A stretch of DNA of 64,000 bases, taken from contig OZ253545.1 in assembly GCA_965262615.1 (NCBI GenBank), positions 704,001 to 768,000 of the forward strand, written 5' to 3'. The stretch is from Alphaproteobacteria bacterium. Its GTDB lineage: Bacteria > Pseudomonadota > Alphaproteobacteria > GM7ARS4 > G965262615. The translations under genes were made by a program, and so were the position numbers. Positions 29,128-39,752 of this stretch are shown here, piece after piece (positions within the stretch are counted from its first letter, which is position 1; every line of letters starts with the position of its first letter). The notes below the pieces were generated by a model that saw nothing but the letters and a program-made list of their open reading frames with translations, was not told the origin of the DNA and did no database searches.

Positions 29128-30683
29128 TGGAAGAGGCGAACAAAGGCACGACTCAAGGAGCGTCCGACTTGTTGTTGGTGGCAACCAATGTCGCGCAGGA
29201 AAAGGGAATTGATCCAGACACCGTGCTGGAAGCATTGGAGCAATCCATTGCCAAGGCGGGACGCTCACGCTATGGGCAGGAATTTGATATTCGCGCCCAT
29301 GTGAATCGAGAAACAGGAGCAATCAGTTTGGCGCGCTATCGCGAGGTGGTGGAGGCGGTGGAAAATCAAGCCACAGAGGTTGAACTGAGCCAAGCACAGG
29401 GAATCAAAAAAGGCGTGACGGTGGGGGAGTTTATCACTGAGCCGTTGCCGCCGCCAGAATTGGGAAGAGTGGCGGCTTTGACGGCGCGTCAGGTCATGAA
29501 TTCTCGTGTGCGAGAGGCAGAGCGCGAGCGACAGTACGAGGAATTCAAGGATCGGCAAGGGGAGATTATCAGTGGCGTTGTCAAACGCAAAGAATACGGG
29601 CATGTGATTGTGGACCTGGGACGCGCCGAAGGATGCTTGCGCCGTGAAGAATTGCTGCAGCGTGAGACCTTTGAACGAGGCGATCGCGTGCGTGCCTATG
29701 TCAAAGAGGTGCGGCGGGATAACAGGGCACAGCAGATTTTGTTGTCTCGTTCGGATCCTCAATTTGTGGCGGGGCTGTTCACACACGAAGTGCCCGAGAT
29801 TTATGACGGACAGATTGAAATCAAGGCGGTGGCGCATGATGCCGGCAGCCGCGCTAAAATCGCCGTTCACGCTAAGGACTCCGCCATTGATCCTGTGGGG
29901 GCATGTGTGGGCATGCGCGGCTCGCGCGTGCAGGCGGTGGTCAGCGAACTCAAGGGCGAAAAAATTGACATTATTCCTTGGTCAGAGGACACCGCTTCCT
30001 TTGTGGTCAATGCCATGAATCCGGTAGAGGTCAGCAAGGTGGTGATTGATGAGGAGAAGCATGCCATTGAGGTGGTGGTGCCAGAATCGCAATTGAGTCT
30101 TGCCATTGGCAGGCGAGGACAAAATGTGCGGCTGGCGTCTCAATTGACAGGATGGCGCATTGATATTTTAACCGAAGCCGATGAATCCGAACGCCGCAGC
30201 GAAGAATTCAAAACCCGCTCGCAGATGTTTATTGATGAACTGGATGTGGATGATGTCATTGCACACTTGTTGGTGACCGAAGGATTTACCAAAATTGATG
30301 AAGTGGCACAAGTGTCGCTGGAAGAGATGCAGCAGATTGAGGGATTTGATGAGGCCATCGCCTCTGAATTGCATCATCGGGCGGTGGTGTGGCAAAAGGA
30401 GCAGGAGCAACGGTTTGTGGAGGATTGTCAGAAGTTGAAGATTGATGATTCCTTGTTGCAGCGTCCTCAATTGAATAAGGAGATGATTCTCATGTTGGGA
30501 AAACAGGGCGTTTGCAGTCGTGACGACTTGGCGGATTTGTCCAGCGATGAGCTGTTGGACATTGTCAAGCCGGACATTGCCATTAACCGTAAGGATGCCG
30601 ATGCCATTATCATGGAGGCACGAGGCTTGCCCTTGAAGACAGACGAGGATGAAGAAGAGAGTGAAGAAGGTGAAAAAGAATGA
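29124..30683 (+). CDS. nusA: Transcription termination factor NusA
   Basis: DPVGACVGMRGSRVQ and SLAIGRRGQNVRLAS, with an alphaproteobacterial-type C-terminus. Confidence 0.98.
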   Translation: MMEEANKGTTQGASDLLLVATNVAQEKGIDPDTVLEALEQSIAKAGRSRYGQEFDIRAHVNRETGAISLARYREVVEAVENQATEVELSQAQGIKKGVTVGEFITEPLPPPELGRVAALTARQVMNSRVREAERERQYEEFKDRQGEIISGVVKRKEYGHVIVDLGRAEGCLRREELLQRETFERGDRVRAYVKEVRRDNRAQQILLSRSDPQFVAGLFTHEVPEIYDGQIEIKAVAHDAGSRAKIAVHAKDSAIDPVGACVGMRGSRVQAVVSELKGEKIDIIPWSEDTASFVVNAMNPVEVSKVVIDEEKHAIEVVVPESQLSLAIGRRGQNVRLASQLTGWRIDILTEADESERRSEEFKTRSQMFIDELDVDDVIAHLLVTEGFTKIDEVAQVSLEEMQQIEGFDEAIASELHHRAVVWQKEQEQRFVEDCQKLKIDDSLLQRPQLNKEMILMLGKQGVCSRDDLADLSSDELLDIVKPDIAINRKDADAIIMEARGLPLKTDEDEEESEEGEKE

Positions 30684-32965
30684 GTGATGACGAGAACACC
30701 GTAGGAAATTCGCCACAAGGCACACGCAAGGTGGTGCAGCGCAGCCAGATTTGGCAAAATGTGTCGCGTGGTCGCTCGCGCGCGGTGACGGTGGAAGTCA
30801 AAAAACGCCGCTTTGGAGGGGCTGCGCCGCCGCCGCCGCAAAAAGATTCCAGCAAGGAGAAAGCGGACTCCACATCACTCAGTGCGACCGAGCGCGATCT
30901 GCGGCGGCAGGCTTTGGAACAAGCCGAAAAGAAAGCCAAAGAGCCGCCAAAGCCAGGGGCGCGTGGAAGTCAGCCAGAAAAAAAGGAAGAAAAAAAGCGC
31001 GTCATCAAGGAGACTAAGTTCAAAGAAGCAACACCGCCTCAAGGGGTGGTGCGTAAGAAATCACCATCTCACAGTAAGGGACGAATCAAGGAAAAAGAAC
31101 GCCGCAAGGGCAAACTCACCATCACCCAAGCATTGGATGAGGGCGGCGGCGAGCGGATGCGCTCACTGGCTGCCATTCATCGGGCACGAGAGCGGCAGCG
31201 ACAGGAAAGCAAAAGCGACAGCACGCAAGATGCCAGCCCGGTGGTGCGCGAAATTACCATCCCCGAGACCATTCGGGTGAGCGACCTCACCGCGCGCATG
31301 GCAGAAAAAAGTGCCGATGTCATCAAGACGCTCATGCAGCTGGGGGTGATTGTCACCATCAACGAGACCATTGATGCCGACACCGCCGAATTGGTGGTCA
31401 ATGAATTTGGACACAAAGCCAAGCGCATCAGAGAATCCGATGTGGAGATTGGATTGGACATTCAGGATGATGTGCAATCTTTGCAGGCGCGTGCCCCTGT
31501 GGTGACCATCATGGGACATGTGGATCACGGCAAGACTTCTCTGTTGGATGCGTTGCAAAAGAGTGATGTGGTGCGCGGCGAGGCGGGAGGAATCACCCAG
31601 CATATTGGGGCGTATCAAATCAAGACGGCGAAGGGACGCGTCATGACTTTTCTGGACACCCCTGGTCATGCGGCATTTACCGAGATGCGTCAGCGCGGCG
31701 CAAAAGTCACCGACATTGCGGTGATTGTGGTGGCGGCGGATGATGGTGTCATGCCGCAAACGGTGGAGGCTATTCATCATGCTCGAGCGGCGGGCGTGCC
31801 CATCATCATTGCCATCACCAAGATGGACTTGCCGGATGTCAAACCCGATGCCATTCATGATCAATTGTTGCAGCATGAGGTCATCACAGAGAAGCGGCGC
31901 GGCGATGTGTTGGTGTGTGAAATATCCGTGAAGAAAAAAGACACCCTCGTGCAGTTAGAAGATGCCATTGCCTTGCAGGCGGAATTGTTGGAGCTCAAAG
32001 CCAATCCGCAACGCCATGCCGCGGGCATTGTGATTGAAGCCAAGATTGAACACGGCAGAGGCTCTATGGCGACATTATTGGTGCAGCACGGCACTTTGCG
32101 TAAAGGGGATATTATTGTCGCCGGGCAGGAGTGGGGCAAACTGCGTCTTATGGTGGATAGTCATGGTGCGCCCCAAGATACCGCCTTGCCTGCCATGCCC
32201 ATTGCCGTTGTGGGACTCAATGGCGTGCCTCTGGCTGGTGACGAATTTTCTGTCGTTGAGAATGAAAAAAGAGCCAAAGAAATATCTCAATACCGCACCC
32301 GCAGCAGGCGCGAGCGTAGCAATGAATCCGTTGTCTCTCGCACCATGCCGAATTTTGACGAAAAAGAGAGCAATACCTTTGCTGTGCTCATCAAAGCCGA
32401 TGTGCGAGGCTCGGTGGAAGCCATCAAACACGGGCTGGAGAAAATGTCCAGTGAGCAGGTCACCCTCAAAGTCATTTATGGCGCGGTGGGCGAGGTGAGT
32501 GAATCCGATGTCACGCTGGCATCGGCTTCGGATGCCTTCATCATTGCCTTTAACAGCCGCATTGCCCCTCAGGCGCGAGCATTGTTAGAAAGAGAGGGAA
32601 TCAGCTGTGAGACTTATTCCATCATTTATCGCGTCTTTGAATCCATTGAGGAGAAGGTTGCCGCGCGCTTTGCTCCCGAATTTGTCACCCGTGACATTGG
32701 CGAGGCGGAGATTAAACAGCTCTTTGATATTGGCAAGGTGGGCGTCATTGCTGGCTGCATGGTGACCAGCGGGGTCATTCAAAAAGATGCTTATGCGCGT
32801 GTCATGCGCGGTGACGACACCGTTTTTGACGGCGGCATCAGTCAAATCAAGCATTTCAAGGATGATGTTCCCGAAGTCAAAAGTGGCAGCGAATGTGGCA
32901 TTGCTTTTCAGTCATTCACCGCCATGCAGGCGGGGGATCGCATTATTTGCTATGTGCGAGAATAG
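30680..32965 (+). CDS. infB: Translation initiation factor IF-2
   Basis: GHVDHGKTS, GGITQHIGAY, DTPGHAAF and ECGI. Confidence 0.98.
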   Translation: MSDDENTVGNSPQGTRKVVQRSQIWQNVSRGRSRAVTVEVKKRRFGGAAPPPPQKDSSKEKADSTSLSATERDLRRQALEQAEKKAKEPPKPGARGSQPEKKEEKKRVIKETKFKEATPPQGVVRKKSPSHSKGRIKEKERRKGKLTITQALDEGGGERMRSLAAIHRARERQRQESKSDSTQDASPVVREITIPETIRVSDLTARMAEKSADVIKTLMQLGVIVTINETIDADTAELVVNEFGHKAKRIRESDVEIGLDIQDDVQSLQARAPVVTIMGHVDHGKTSLLDALQKSDVVRGEAGGITQHIGAYQIKTAKGRVMTFLDTPGHAAFTEMRQRGAKVTDIAVIVVAADDGVMPQTVEAIHHARAAGVPIIIAITKMDLPDVKPDAIHDQLLQHEVITEKRRGDVLVCEISVKKKDTLVQLEDAIALQAELLELKANPQRHAAGIVIEAKIEHGRGSMATLLVQHGTLRKGDIIVAGQEWGKLRLMVDSHGAPQDTALPAMPIAVVGLNGVPLAGDEFSVVENEKRAKEISQYRTRSRRERSNESVVSRTMPNFDEKESNTFAVLIKADVRGSVEAIKHGLEKMSSEQVTLKVIYGAVGEVSESDVTLASASDAFIIAFNSRIAPQARALLEREGISCETYSIIYRVFESIEEKVAARFAPEFVTRDIGEAEIKQLFDIGKVGVIAGCMVTSGVIQKDAYARVMRGDDTVFDGGISQIKHFKDDVPEVKSGSECGIAFQSFTAMQAGDRIICYVRE

Positions 32966-33072
32966 CACGGTGGGCGGTGAGGGATTCGAATGTCATGCGC
33001 GGTGACGACACTGTTTTTGACGGCGGCATCAGTCAAATCAAGCATTTCACGGTGGGCGGTGAGGGACTCGAA
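32966..33072. repeat. Duplication scar: 25-bp tRNA-Val 3' end repeat enclosing a 59-bp copy of infB
   Basis: 32966-32990 matches 33048-33072 (1 mismatch). 32991-33049 matches 32800-32858 (1 mismatch). Confidence 0.9.
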
Positions 33073-33125
33073 CCCCCGCCTTCCTCGGTGTAAACGAGAC
33101 ACTCTACCAGCTGAGCTAACCGCCC
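33053..33125 (-). tRNA. tRNA-Val (TAC)
   Basis: GGGCGGTTAGCTCAGCTGGTAGAGTGTCTCGTTTACACCGAGGAAGGCGGGGGTTCGAGTCCCTCACCGCCCA. Confidence 0.95.
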
Positions 33126-33144
33126 CCGCGTTCATGTTTACATC

Positions 33145-33417
33145 TTAATTCAGAGCGTCCTTGAGACCTTTGCCCGCTTTGAAGCGTGCCACATTGCTCG
33201 CAGGTATTTGGATGGTTTCACCCGTACGAGGATTGCGTCCCGTGGTGGCTTTGCGTTGGCTCACCGAAAAAGTGCCAAAGCCGATGATTTTAACATCATC
33301 ATTCTTTTTTAAGGCTTCGGTGATGTGATCAAAAACAGCACTCACGGCTTTGTCCGCCACAGCGTTTTTCAAGTCGCATTCAGCCGCTAAAGCTTCTGTC
33401 AGATCTTTTTTGTTCAT
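33145..33417 (-). CDS. hup: DNA-binding protein HU
   Basis: MNKKDL...GFGTF...GRNPRTGE...FKAGKGLKDA, downstream of lon. Confidence 0.96.
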   Translation of the reverse strand: MNKKDLTEALAAECDLKNAVADKAVSAVFDHITEALKKNDDVKIIGFGTFSVSQRKATTGRNPRTGETIQIPASNVARFKAGKGLKDALN

Positions 33418-33452
33418 GACAATTCTCCTTCATGGGTTGTAAAGGGCTTATC

Positions 33453-35873
33453 CTAATGGGTTAGGGGTGTTTTGTCACCTCTTTGCGTCATATTTTTTTC
33501 TTGCCGAATGGCGATGGATGATGTCTCATCGTGCTGCCACGGCTCTCTTTTTGTGGGCATATGAATCAAAGCCAGAGGCAACACCTCATGGGCATTTTTG
33601 ACAGGAATGATTTCAAGAGCATTCTTCACCTTATCGGGAATCTCTTCCAGATCCTTAATATTGTCGTGGGGGATAATCACCTTTTTGATGCCACCGCGCA
33701 GTGCCGCCAGCATTTTCTCCTTAAGACCGCCAATGGGCAGCACTCGTCCGCTCAGAGTGATCTCTCCCGTCATGGCGGTGTGGCGATCAACGGCAATGGA
33801 AGTCAGAGACGAGACGATGGAGCAATAGATGGCAATGCCCGCCGACGGACCATCTTTTGGTGTCGCTCCTTCGGGAACATGCAGATGAATATCCTGTTTG
33901 TCAAAGAGGGCGGCATCAAGGTTGAGGTCGCTCGCTCGAGCCCGCACGAAACTGATCGCCGCCTGCACCGACTCTTTCATGATGTCACCCAGTGTTCCCG
34001 TGTAATGATATTTGCCCTTGCCCGCCATGATGACGGTTTCCACCGACAGCAAATCGCCGCCGTTTTCCGTCCACGCCAAACCTGTGGTGACACCAATGAG
34101 ATCGTTATCACTCACACTGCCATAGCGAAAACGCAGCACACCGGCATAGTCTTTGAGGTTGTCCTGGCGAATATCAACGCGGGTTGTTTGTTCCTCTTGC
34201 ATCAATTGGCGCACCGCCTTGCGCGCCAGCTGGGCACATTCGCGTTCTAAATTACGCAAGCCGGCTTCGCGCGTGTAGCGTCTGATGAGGGTCAAGATTG
34301 CCTCATCGGAGACATTCCATTCGTCTTCACTCAAGCCATTGTCCTCACGCTGCTTGGGCAACAGATGGCGTTTGGTAATTTCTAATTTTTCGTCTTCGGT
34401 ATAGCCGGAGATTCGCAAGCACTCCATGCGATCCATCAACGGCTGCGGCATATTGAGGGTGTTGGCTGTGGTGACAAACAACACATCGGACAAATCATAA
34501 TCCACCTCCAAATAGTGATCATTGAAGGCTTTGTTTTGTTCAGGATCTAACACCTCCAGCAAAGCCGATGCCGGATCGCCGCGCCAGTCAGCACCAATTT
34601 TATCCACCTCGTCAAGCAAAAACAAAGGATTGGAGTGCTTCGCCTTCTTCATTCCCTGAATGATTTTTCCCGGCAGTGAGCCAATATAAGTGCGGCGATG
34701 CCCTCTGATTTCCGACTCATCTCGCAAGCCGCCCAAAGACATCCGTACAAAAGGACGCCCCGTTGCACGGGCAATGGATGCCCCCAAAGATGTCTTGCCA
34801 ACGCCAGGGGGACCCACAAGGCACAAGATGGGCCCCTTCACCCTTTTGGTTTTAATCTGCACCGCAATGAATTCCAAAATGCGTTCTTTGATTTTTTTCA
34901 ATCCATAATGATCGGCATCAAGGATTTTTTCCGCCTCGTCCAGTGATGTTTGAATGGCTGAGGGATTGCGCCACGGCAACGACACCAGCCAATCAAGATA
35001 ATTGCGAGAGACATTGGCTTCTGCCGACATGGGACTCATGCTTTTGAGTTTCTTCATCTCTTGGTGTGCCCGCTCACGGGCTTCTTTGGTGAAGCGCGTC
35101 TTTTTGATTTTCTTCTCCAGCTCATCCATATCGTTGTGTCCGCCCTCGCCATCGCCCAATTCTTTTTGAATGGCTTTCATTTGTTCGTTGAGATAGTATT
35201 CCTTTTGCGTTTTATCCATCTGATTTTTCACGCGACCGCGAATGCGTTTCTCCACCTTGAGGACAGCGATTTCATTCTCCATCAGTTCATAGATTTTCTC
35301 CAGCCGTTCGGTGACCGACACCGTCTCCAGCAACGCCTGTTTATCCTGAATGGACAGCATCAGATTCGCGGCGATGGTGTCTGCCAGCTTGGATGGATCT
35401 TTCACCTGACTGAGTGCGTTCAAAATATCCACCGAAATCTTTTTATTAAAACGCAGATAGACGCTGAATTGATGCAGCATTGAGCGCGTGAGTGCCTGTA
35501 ATTCATGACCACTGTGTTCAGAGCCCGCCAGAGGTTCGGTGTCGGCTTCAAAAAATTCTTTGCGCCCACTGAATTCCTTGACCCGATAGCGAGTCAAACC
35601 CTCCACCAACACCTTCACCGCCCCATCGGGCAGCTTCAGCAATTGCAGAACCATGCCCAAAGTGCCGACATGATACATGTCCTCGTGGCGAGGTTGATCG
35701 TCGGAGGCATCTTTTTGTGCCAACAGCAAAATGCGCTTGTGACCCTTCATCACCTCATCAAGAGCCTTGACAGACCGCACCCGTCCCACAAACAACGGAA
35801 CAATCATATGAGGAAAGACAACCACATCTCGCAATGGCAACACCGGATAGCGATTGTCAGAGGCATCGGTCAT
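33453..35873 (-). CDS. lon: ATP-dependent protease La
   Basis: PVLPLRD, GPPGVGKTS, PKDGPSAG and IGGLKEK. Confidence 0.99.
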   Translation of the reverse strand: MTDASDNRYPVLPLRDVVVFPHMIVPLFVGRVRSVKALDEVMKGHKRILLLAQKDASDDQPRHEDMYHVGTLGMVLQLLKLPDGAVKVLVEGLTRYRVKEFSGRKEFFEADTEPLAGSEHSGHELQALTRSMLHQFSVYLRFNKKISVDILNALSQVKDPSKLADTIAANLMLSIQDKQALLETVSVTERLEKIYELMENEIAVLKVEKRIRGRVKNQMDKTQKEYYLNEQMKAIQKELGDGEGGHNDMDELEKKIKKTRFTKEARERAHQEMKKLKSMSPMSAEANVSRNYLDWLVSLPWRNPSAIQTSLDEAEKILDADHYGLKKIKERILEFIAVQIKTKRVKGPILCLVGPPGVGKTSLGASIARATGRPFVRMSLGGLRDESEIRGHRRTYIGSLPGKIIQGMKKAKHSNPLFLLDEVDKIGADWRGDPASALLEVLDPEQNKAFNDHYLEVDYDLSDVLFVTTANTLNMPQPLMDRMECLRISGYTEDEKLEITKRHLLPKQREDNGLSEDEWNVSDEAILTLIRRYTREAGLRNLERECAQLARKAVRQLMQEEQTTRVDIRQDNLKDYAGVLRFRYGSVSDNDLIGVTTGLAWTENGGDLLSVETVIMAGKGKYHYTGTLGDIMKESVQAAISFVRARASDLNLDAALFDKQDIHLHVPEGATPKDGPSAGIAIYCSIVSSLTSIAVDRHTAMTGEITLSGRVLPIGGLKEKMLAALRGGIKKVIIPHDNIKDLEEIPDKVKNALEIIPVKNAHEVLPLALIHMPTKREPWQHDETSSIAIRQEKNMTQRGDKTPLTH

Positions 35874-35911
35874 GGATGATTACATAAGCTTTTATGCCCG
35901 TGTTCGCAAGG

Positions 35912-37171
35912 TCAGCTGGCTTGTCTTTGTGTGTCGGCATAGATGTGCAAAGGTTCCATCGCTCCTGTGACCACATCCTCATTGACAATCACGCGATTCA
36001 AGGATGGCAAGCTGGGCATTTCAAACATGGTGTTGAGCAGTATTTTCTCACAAATAGAATGCAGGGCACGGGCACCTGTTTTGCGCTCATAGGCCTGATG
36101 GGCGATGGCGCGCAGAGCCTCATCGGTGAAGATCAGCTGCACACCATCCATCTCAAAGATGCGTTTGTATTGGCTGATGAGCGCATTCTTCGGCTCGGTC
36201 AGAACGCGCACCAGCATGTCTTCGGTGAGTTCATTGAGAGAGGCAATGACGGGCAGGCGTCCGACAAATTCAGGAATCAAGCCATAGCGAATGAGATCTT
36301 CGGGCTCTGCCGCATGCATCAAAGGCGTGATGGCATGATGGTCATCAGGCGCATGCACCGATGCACCAAAGCCCATGCCGTTCCCCTTGATGCGATTCTG
36401 CACCAATTGATTCAAACCCGCAAACGCCCCACCACAAATGAACAAGATGTGGCGCGTATCCACTTGCAGAAATTCTTGTTGCGGGTGCTTGCGTCCGCCC
36501 TGAGGGGGAACGCTGGCAATCGTCCCTTCCATCAGCTTGAGCAGTGCCTGCTGCACGCCCTCGCCAGACACATCGCGCGTGATGGAAAGATTATCCGCTT
36601 TGCGGCTGATTTTATCCACCTCGTCAATATAGACAATGCCGCGCTGGGCTCGCTCCACATTGTAATCGGAAGCTTGCAGCAGTTTGAGAATAATATTCTC
36701 AACATCTTCGCCCACATATCCCGCCTCGGTCAGGGTGGTGGCATCCGCCATGGTGAAGGGGACATCTATGATGCGAGCCAGCGTCTCCGCCAGCAATGTT
36801 TTGCCACTGCCCGTCGTGCCGATGAGCAGAATGTTGGATTTGCTCAAATCGTCATCATGATCCTTGACGCCATGCTCAATGCGTTTGTAGTGATTATACA
36901 CCGCCACCGATAACACACGCTTGGCTTGATCTTGTCCGATGACATAATCATTGAACTTATTGTAGATTTCTTTGGGTTTGGGCAGTTGTTTTTTGGGCGT
37001 TTTTCCCGTTTGTTTTTGCTCTTCTTTGAGGATGTCCATGCACAGTTCAATGCATTCGTTGCAAATCATCACGCTTGGACCGGCAATCAGCTTGCGCACA
37101 TCATGCTGATTTTTGCCGCAAAAAGAGCAGTGCAGGTGTTTTTCTTTGGATGTTTGACTGTTTGATGTCAT
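35912..37171 (-). CDS. clpX: Clp protease ATP-binding subunit ClpX
   Basis: CSFCGK zinc finger, [13 protein letters not shown] and GGRKHP. Confidence 0.99.
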   Translation of the reverse strand: MTSNSQTSKEKHLHCSFCGKNQHDVRKLIAGPSVMICNECIELCMDILKEEQKQTGKTPKKQLPKPKEIYNKFNDYVIGQDQAKRVLSVAVYNHYKRIEHGVKDHDDDLSKSNILLIGTTGSGKTLLAETLARIIDVPFTMADATTLTEAGYVGEDVENIILKLLQASDYNVERAQRGIVYIDEVDKISRKADNLSITRDVSGEGVQQALLKLMEGTIASVPPQGGRKHPQQEFLQVDTRHILFICGGAFAGLNQLVQNRIKGNGMGFGASVHAPDDHHAITPLMHAAEPEDLIRYGLIPEFVGRLPVIASLNELTEDMLVRVLTEPKNALISQYKRIFEMDGVQLIFTDEALRAIAHQAYERKTGARALHSICEKILLNTMFEMPSLPSLNRVIVNEDVVTGAMEPLHIYADTQRQAS

Positions 37172-37232
37172 AACCCTGTAGCCAAGCGATGTTGAACATA
37201 AATGTCAAGTGAATTTTTCATTCTTTTATGAA

Positions 37233-37886
37233 TTACCACAAAGCAGGTTTTTTTATCACAATAGGGTCTGGCAATTGGGAATTAGCAAACAATTGCATCC
37301 TGTCTTCTATAATAATCTCATCGTCTGCATGACTCTTAAGATTTTTCACAGCTTTTCCTCCCCTTGGATTGAAAAGAACGACCTCTTTATATTCTTTGAC
37401 AATCTTCAAAGCTCCCGTAAAATCACTATCATTGGATACAAGAAGAACGCAATCATGGTTTTGACACAAAGCATCTTTGACCATGGCCACGGCTAAATTA
37501 ACATCTGTTTGCTTTTCTTCTATATTGAAAATCTTTACATCATCCCCGTCTGTCGTGATAGCTGGTTTTTCTCTGCAGGAAATTTTTCCCTTTATTATTT
37601 CCAATTGAGGCACATGTATCCTGAGTGCCTTTAAGTAACATCTTTGTCGTTCTTCAACTTTCTTAGCTTCTCTTCTCTCATCATCAGTCTTTAGCTGAGC
37701 AATATAAACATCAGGTTTGACTTGGACAATAGAAGTAAAGTACTTAACTGCGATTATATCATAGTTATCCTGCGTTGCTTTCATTAAGTTGTCAGCGAAA
37801 GCACCCAAATCAAGCCATTTGTGTTGGGTTTTCTTTAAGGCATAATACAAGTTAAGCCCGTCAATATAGACAATTACTTTTTTCAT
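37233..37886 (-). CDS. NYN (PIN/LabA-like) domain ribonuclease, copy 1
   Basis: VYIDGLNLYY, EEKQTDVNLA and SNDSDF acidic catalytic motifs. AT-rich. Start reassigned to MKKVIV. Confidence 0.9.
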   Translation of the reverse strand: MKKVIVYIDGLNLYYALKKTQHKWLDLGAFADNLMKATQDNYDIIAVKYFTSIVQVKPDVYIAQLKTDDERREAKKVEERQRCYLKALRIHVPQLEIIKGKISCREKPAITTDGDDVKIFNIEEKQTDVNLAVAMVKDALCQNHDCVLLVSNDSDFTGALKIVKEYKEVVLFNPRGGKAVKNLKSHADDEIIIEDRMQLFANSQLPDPIVIKKPALW

Positions 37887-37897
37887 TAGGTAGCACC

Positions 37898-37968
37898 AAA
37901 AAACCGCGGGGTTGACTGAAAGCCAACCCCGCTTCACCCTACGGTCTAAGCCGCTACGGGCTACAGTT
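37898..37968 (-). ncRNA. Putative ~70-nt leader RNA with intrinsic terminator upstream of NYN copy 1
   Basis: AACTGTA, hairpin GCCC..CGG CTTAGA CCG..GGGT, GAA, stem GCGGGGTTGGC TTTCA GTCAACCCCGC, GG, T6. The G.U pair favours the minus strand. Confidence 0.55.
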
Positions 37969-37975
37969 AACTATA

Positions 37976-38003
37976 AGAATAGGCTTTCTTATGGTTCTGT
38001 CAA
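37976..38003 (-). promoter_or_regulatory. Sigma70-like promoter for NYN copy 1
   Basis: TTGACA-N16-TATTCT. Confidence 0.6.
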
Positions 38004-38020
38004 CCCCCGCTTTGAGTTTT

Positions 38021-39556
38021 TTATACATCTTCTTTTTTCTCTCGCAAGGGTCGTTTGCGAAAAACGAGGGCGGTGGTCATGTGATTGAGGTGAATGGTGC
38101 TGCTGCCGTCTAAATCGGCGATGGTGCGGGCGACTTTGATGGCGCGCGTCCATGCGCGCGCCGATAGATTAAACCGTTCTGCCGATTGTTGCAAAAAATC
38201 CCGAGCATCATCGTTCATCGTTGCGATGCGCTCCAGTGCGTCCCCTTCGGCTTCGGCATTGCAGTGAAAGGGCAAGTCCAATTGCCGAAAACGCGCCGCC
38301 GCTCGTTCTCGTGCCGCCATGACTTGAGCTCGCATTTCCCCACTGCCTTTGCCCACCCGCGCGCCCATGAGATCGCGCGCCTCCACTTTGGGAACATCAA
38401 GAATCACATCAATGCGATCATAAAGAGGCCCCGATATTTTGTTTTGATAATCAATCGCGCACTGCGGCTTTTTGCGGCAATCGCAGTCATCGTCAAAATA
38501 CATACCGCAGCGACACGGATTCATCGCCGCAATCAATTGAAAGCGAGCGGGATAGCTCACATGAGCATTGGCGCGAGCAATCATGACCTTGCCGCTCTCC
38601 AACGGTTGACGCAACGCCTCCAGCGAGGCGCGGTTGAATTCGGGCAGTTCATCCAAAAACAAAACGCCCTTGTGACTGAGGCTGATTTCACCGGGTTTGG
38701 CTCGGACGCCGCCTCCCACCAAAGCGGGCAGTGATGCCGAATGATGAGGCGCACGAAAGGGACGAACACGACTCAGCGCGCCATCTTTGATGAGACCCGC
38801 CACCGAATGAATCATGCTCACTTCCAAAATCTCATCGGATGCCAGAGGCGGCAGCAACGAGGGCATGCACGATGCCAACATGGATTTTCCCGCGCCAGGC
38901 GGTCCAATCATGAGCATGTGATGTCCTCCCGCCGCCGCAATGGTGAGGGCTTCTTTGGCGCTTTCTTGTCCCTTCACATGCCGCAAATCCCGCTCATAAA
39001 GGGGATGCTCATCGGTGAGAACGGGCTCAGGCGCAGTGAGCAGCTGGGTGCCGCGCATGTGATTGACCAACGCCATCAAACTGTGAGGCGCAAGAATGGA
39101 GATGCTGCCACTGGCAGCGGCGGCTTCACTGCCGCAATCATGAGGACAAATCAAACCGCGTGTCGTCTGTGCGGCAAATAGTGCTGCGGGCAAAACGCCA
39201 GACACGGGAAGGATGCGTCCGTCCAGTGACAATTCACCCAAAGCGACAAAGTCATCAATATCGCCCACTGATATAATCTCCATCGCCTGCAGCAGAGCCA
39301 GGGCGATGGGCAGATCGTAATGACTGCCCTCTTTTTGCATGTCGGCGGGCGCGAGATTGATGGTGATGCGCTTTGGCGGCAATCCCAAGCCGATGGCGAC
39401 CAGTGCGGCGCGCACCCGCTCTCGTGATTCGGCAACCGCTTTGTCTCCCAATCCCACGATGGAAAAAGCAGGCAAGCCCGATGCCATTTGTGCTTGCACA
39501 TCCACCGCCTCTGCATCAATGCCTCGAAAGGCGACTGTTGATACCCGTGCCACCAT
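38021..39556 (-). CDS. comM: YifB/ComM family Mg-chelatase-like AAA+ ATPase
   Basis: ESRERVR, ITINLAPAD.QKEGSHYDLPIA, GPPGAGKS, PFRAPHHSAS and AAMNPCRCG. Intact; start reassigned to MVARV. Confidence 0.95.
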   Translation of the reverse strand: MVARVSTVAFRGIDAEAVDVQAQMASGLPAFSIVGLGDKAVAESRERVRAALVAIGLGLPPKRITINLAPADMQKEGSHYDLPIALALLQAMEIISVGDIDDFVALGELSLDGRILPVSGVLPAALFAAQTTRGLICPHDCGSEAAAASGSISILAPHSLMALVNHMRGTQLLTAPEPVLTDEHPLYERDLRHVKGQESAKEALTIAAAGGHHMLMIGPPGAGKSMLASCMPSLLPPLASDEILEVSMIHSVAGLIKDGALSRVRPFRAPHHSASLPALVGGGVRAKPGEISLSHKGVLFLDELPEFNRASLEALRQPLESGKVMIARANAHVSYPARFQLIAAMNPCRCGMYFDDDCDCRKKPQCAIDYQNKISGPLYDRIDVILDVPKVEARDLMGARVGKGSGEMRAQVMAARERAAARFRQLDLPFHCNAEAEGDALERIATMNDDARDFLQQSAERFNLSARAWTRAIKVARTIADLDGSSTIHLNHMTTALVFRKRPLREKKEDV

Positions 39557-39648
39557 AACGGCGCACAGTATCATGACCATCAAAGACACGCAACAAAGGC
39601 GAGGGAGCCGTTTGTGAACTTTGAAAAAACAAAGGGGTTTGAAAAGTC

Positions 39649-39752
39649 TTGACAAGATGTTTCAAAAGCTCCACCCTATCCACAGCATTGTCTGCGTGAT
39701 TCGCTCCGTGGACAGGGGTGGGGGACTTAATTGCCCCCACCCTCTCGTTTTT
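39649..39752 (+). ncRNA. Orphan promoter-hairpin-terminator unit (putative small RNA)
   Basis: TTGACA at 39649 with a weak -10, hairpin TGTCTGCG..CGTGGACA, then terminator AGGGGTGGGGG-N9-CCCCCACCTCT-CG-T6. Confidence 0.45.
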
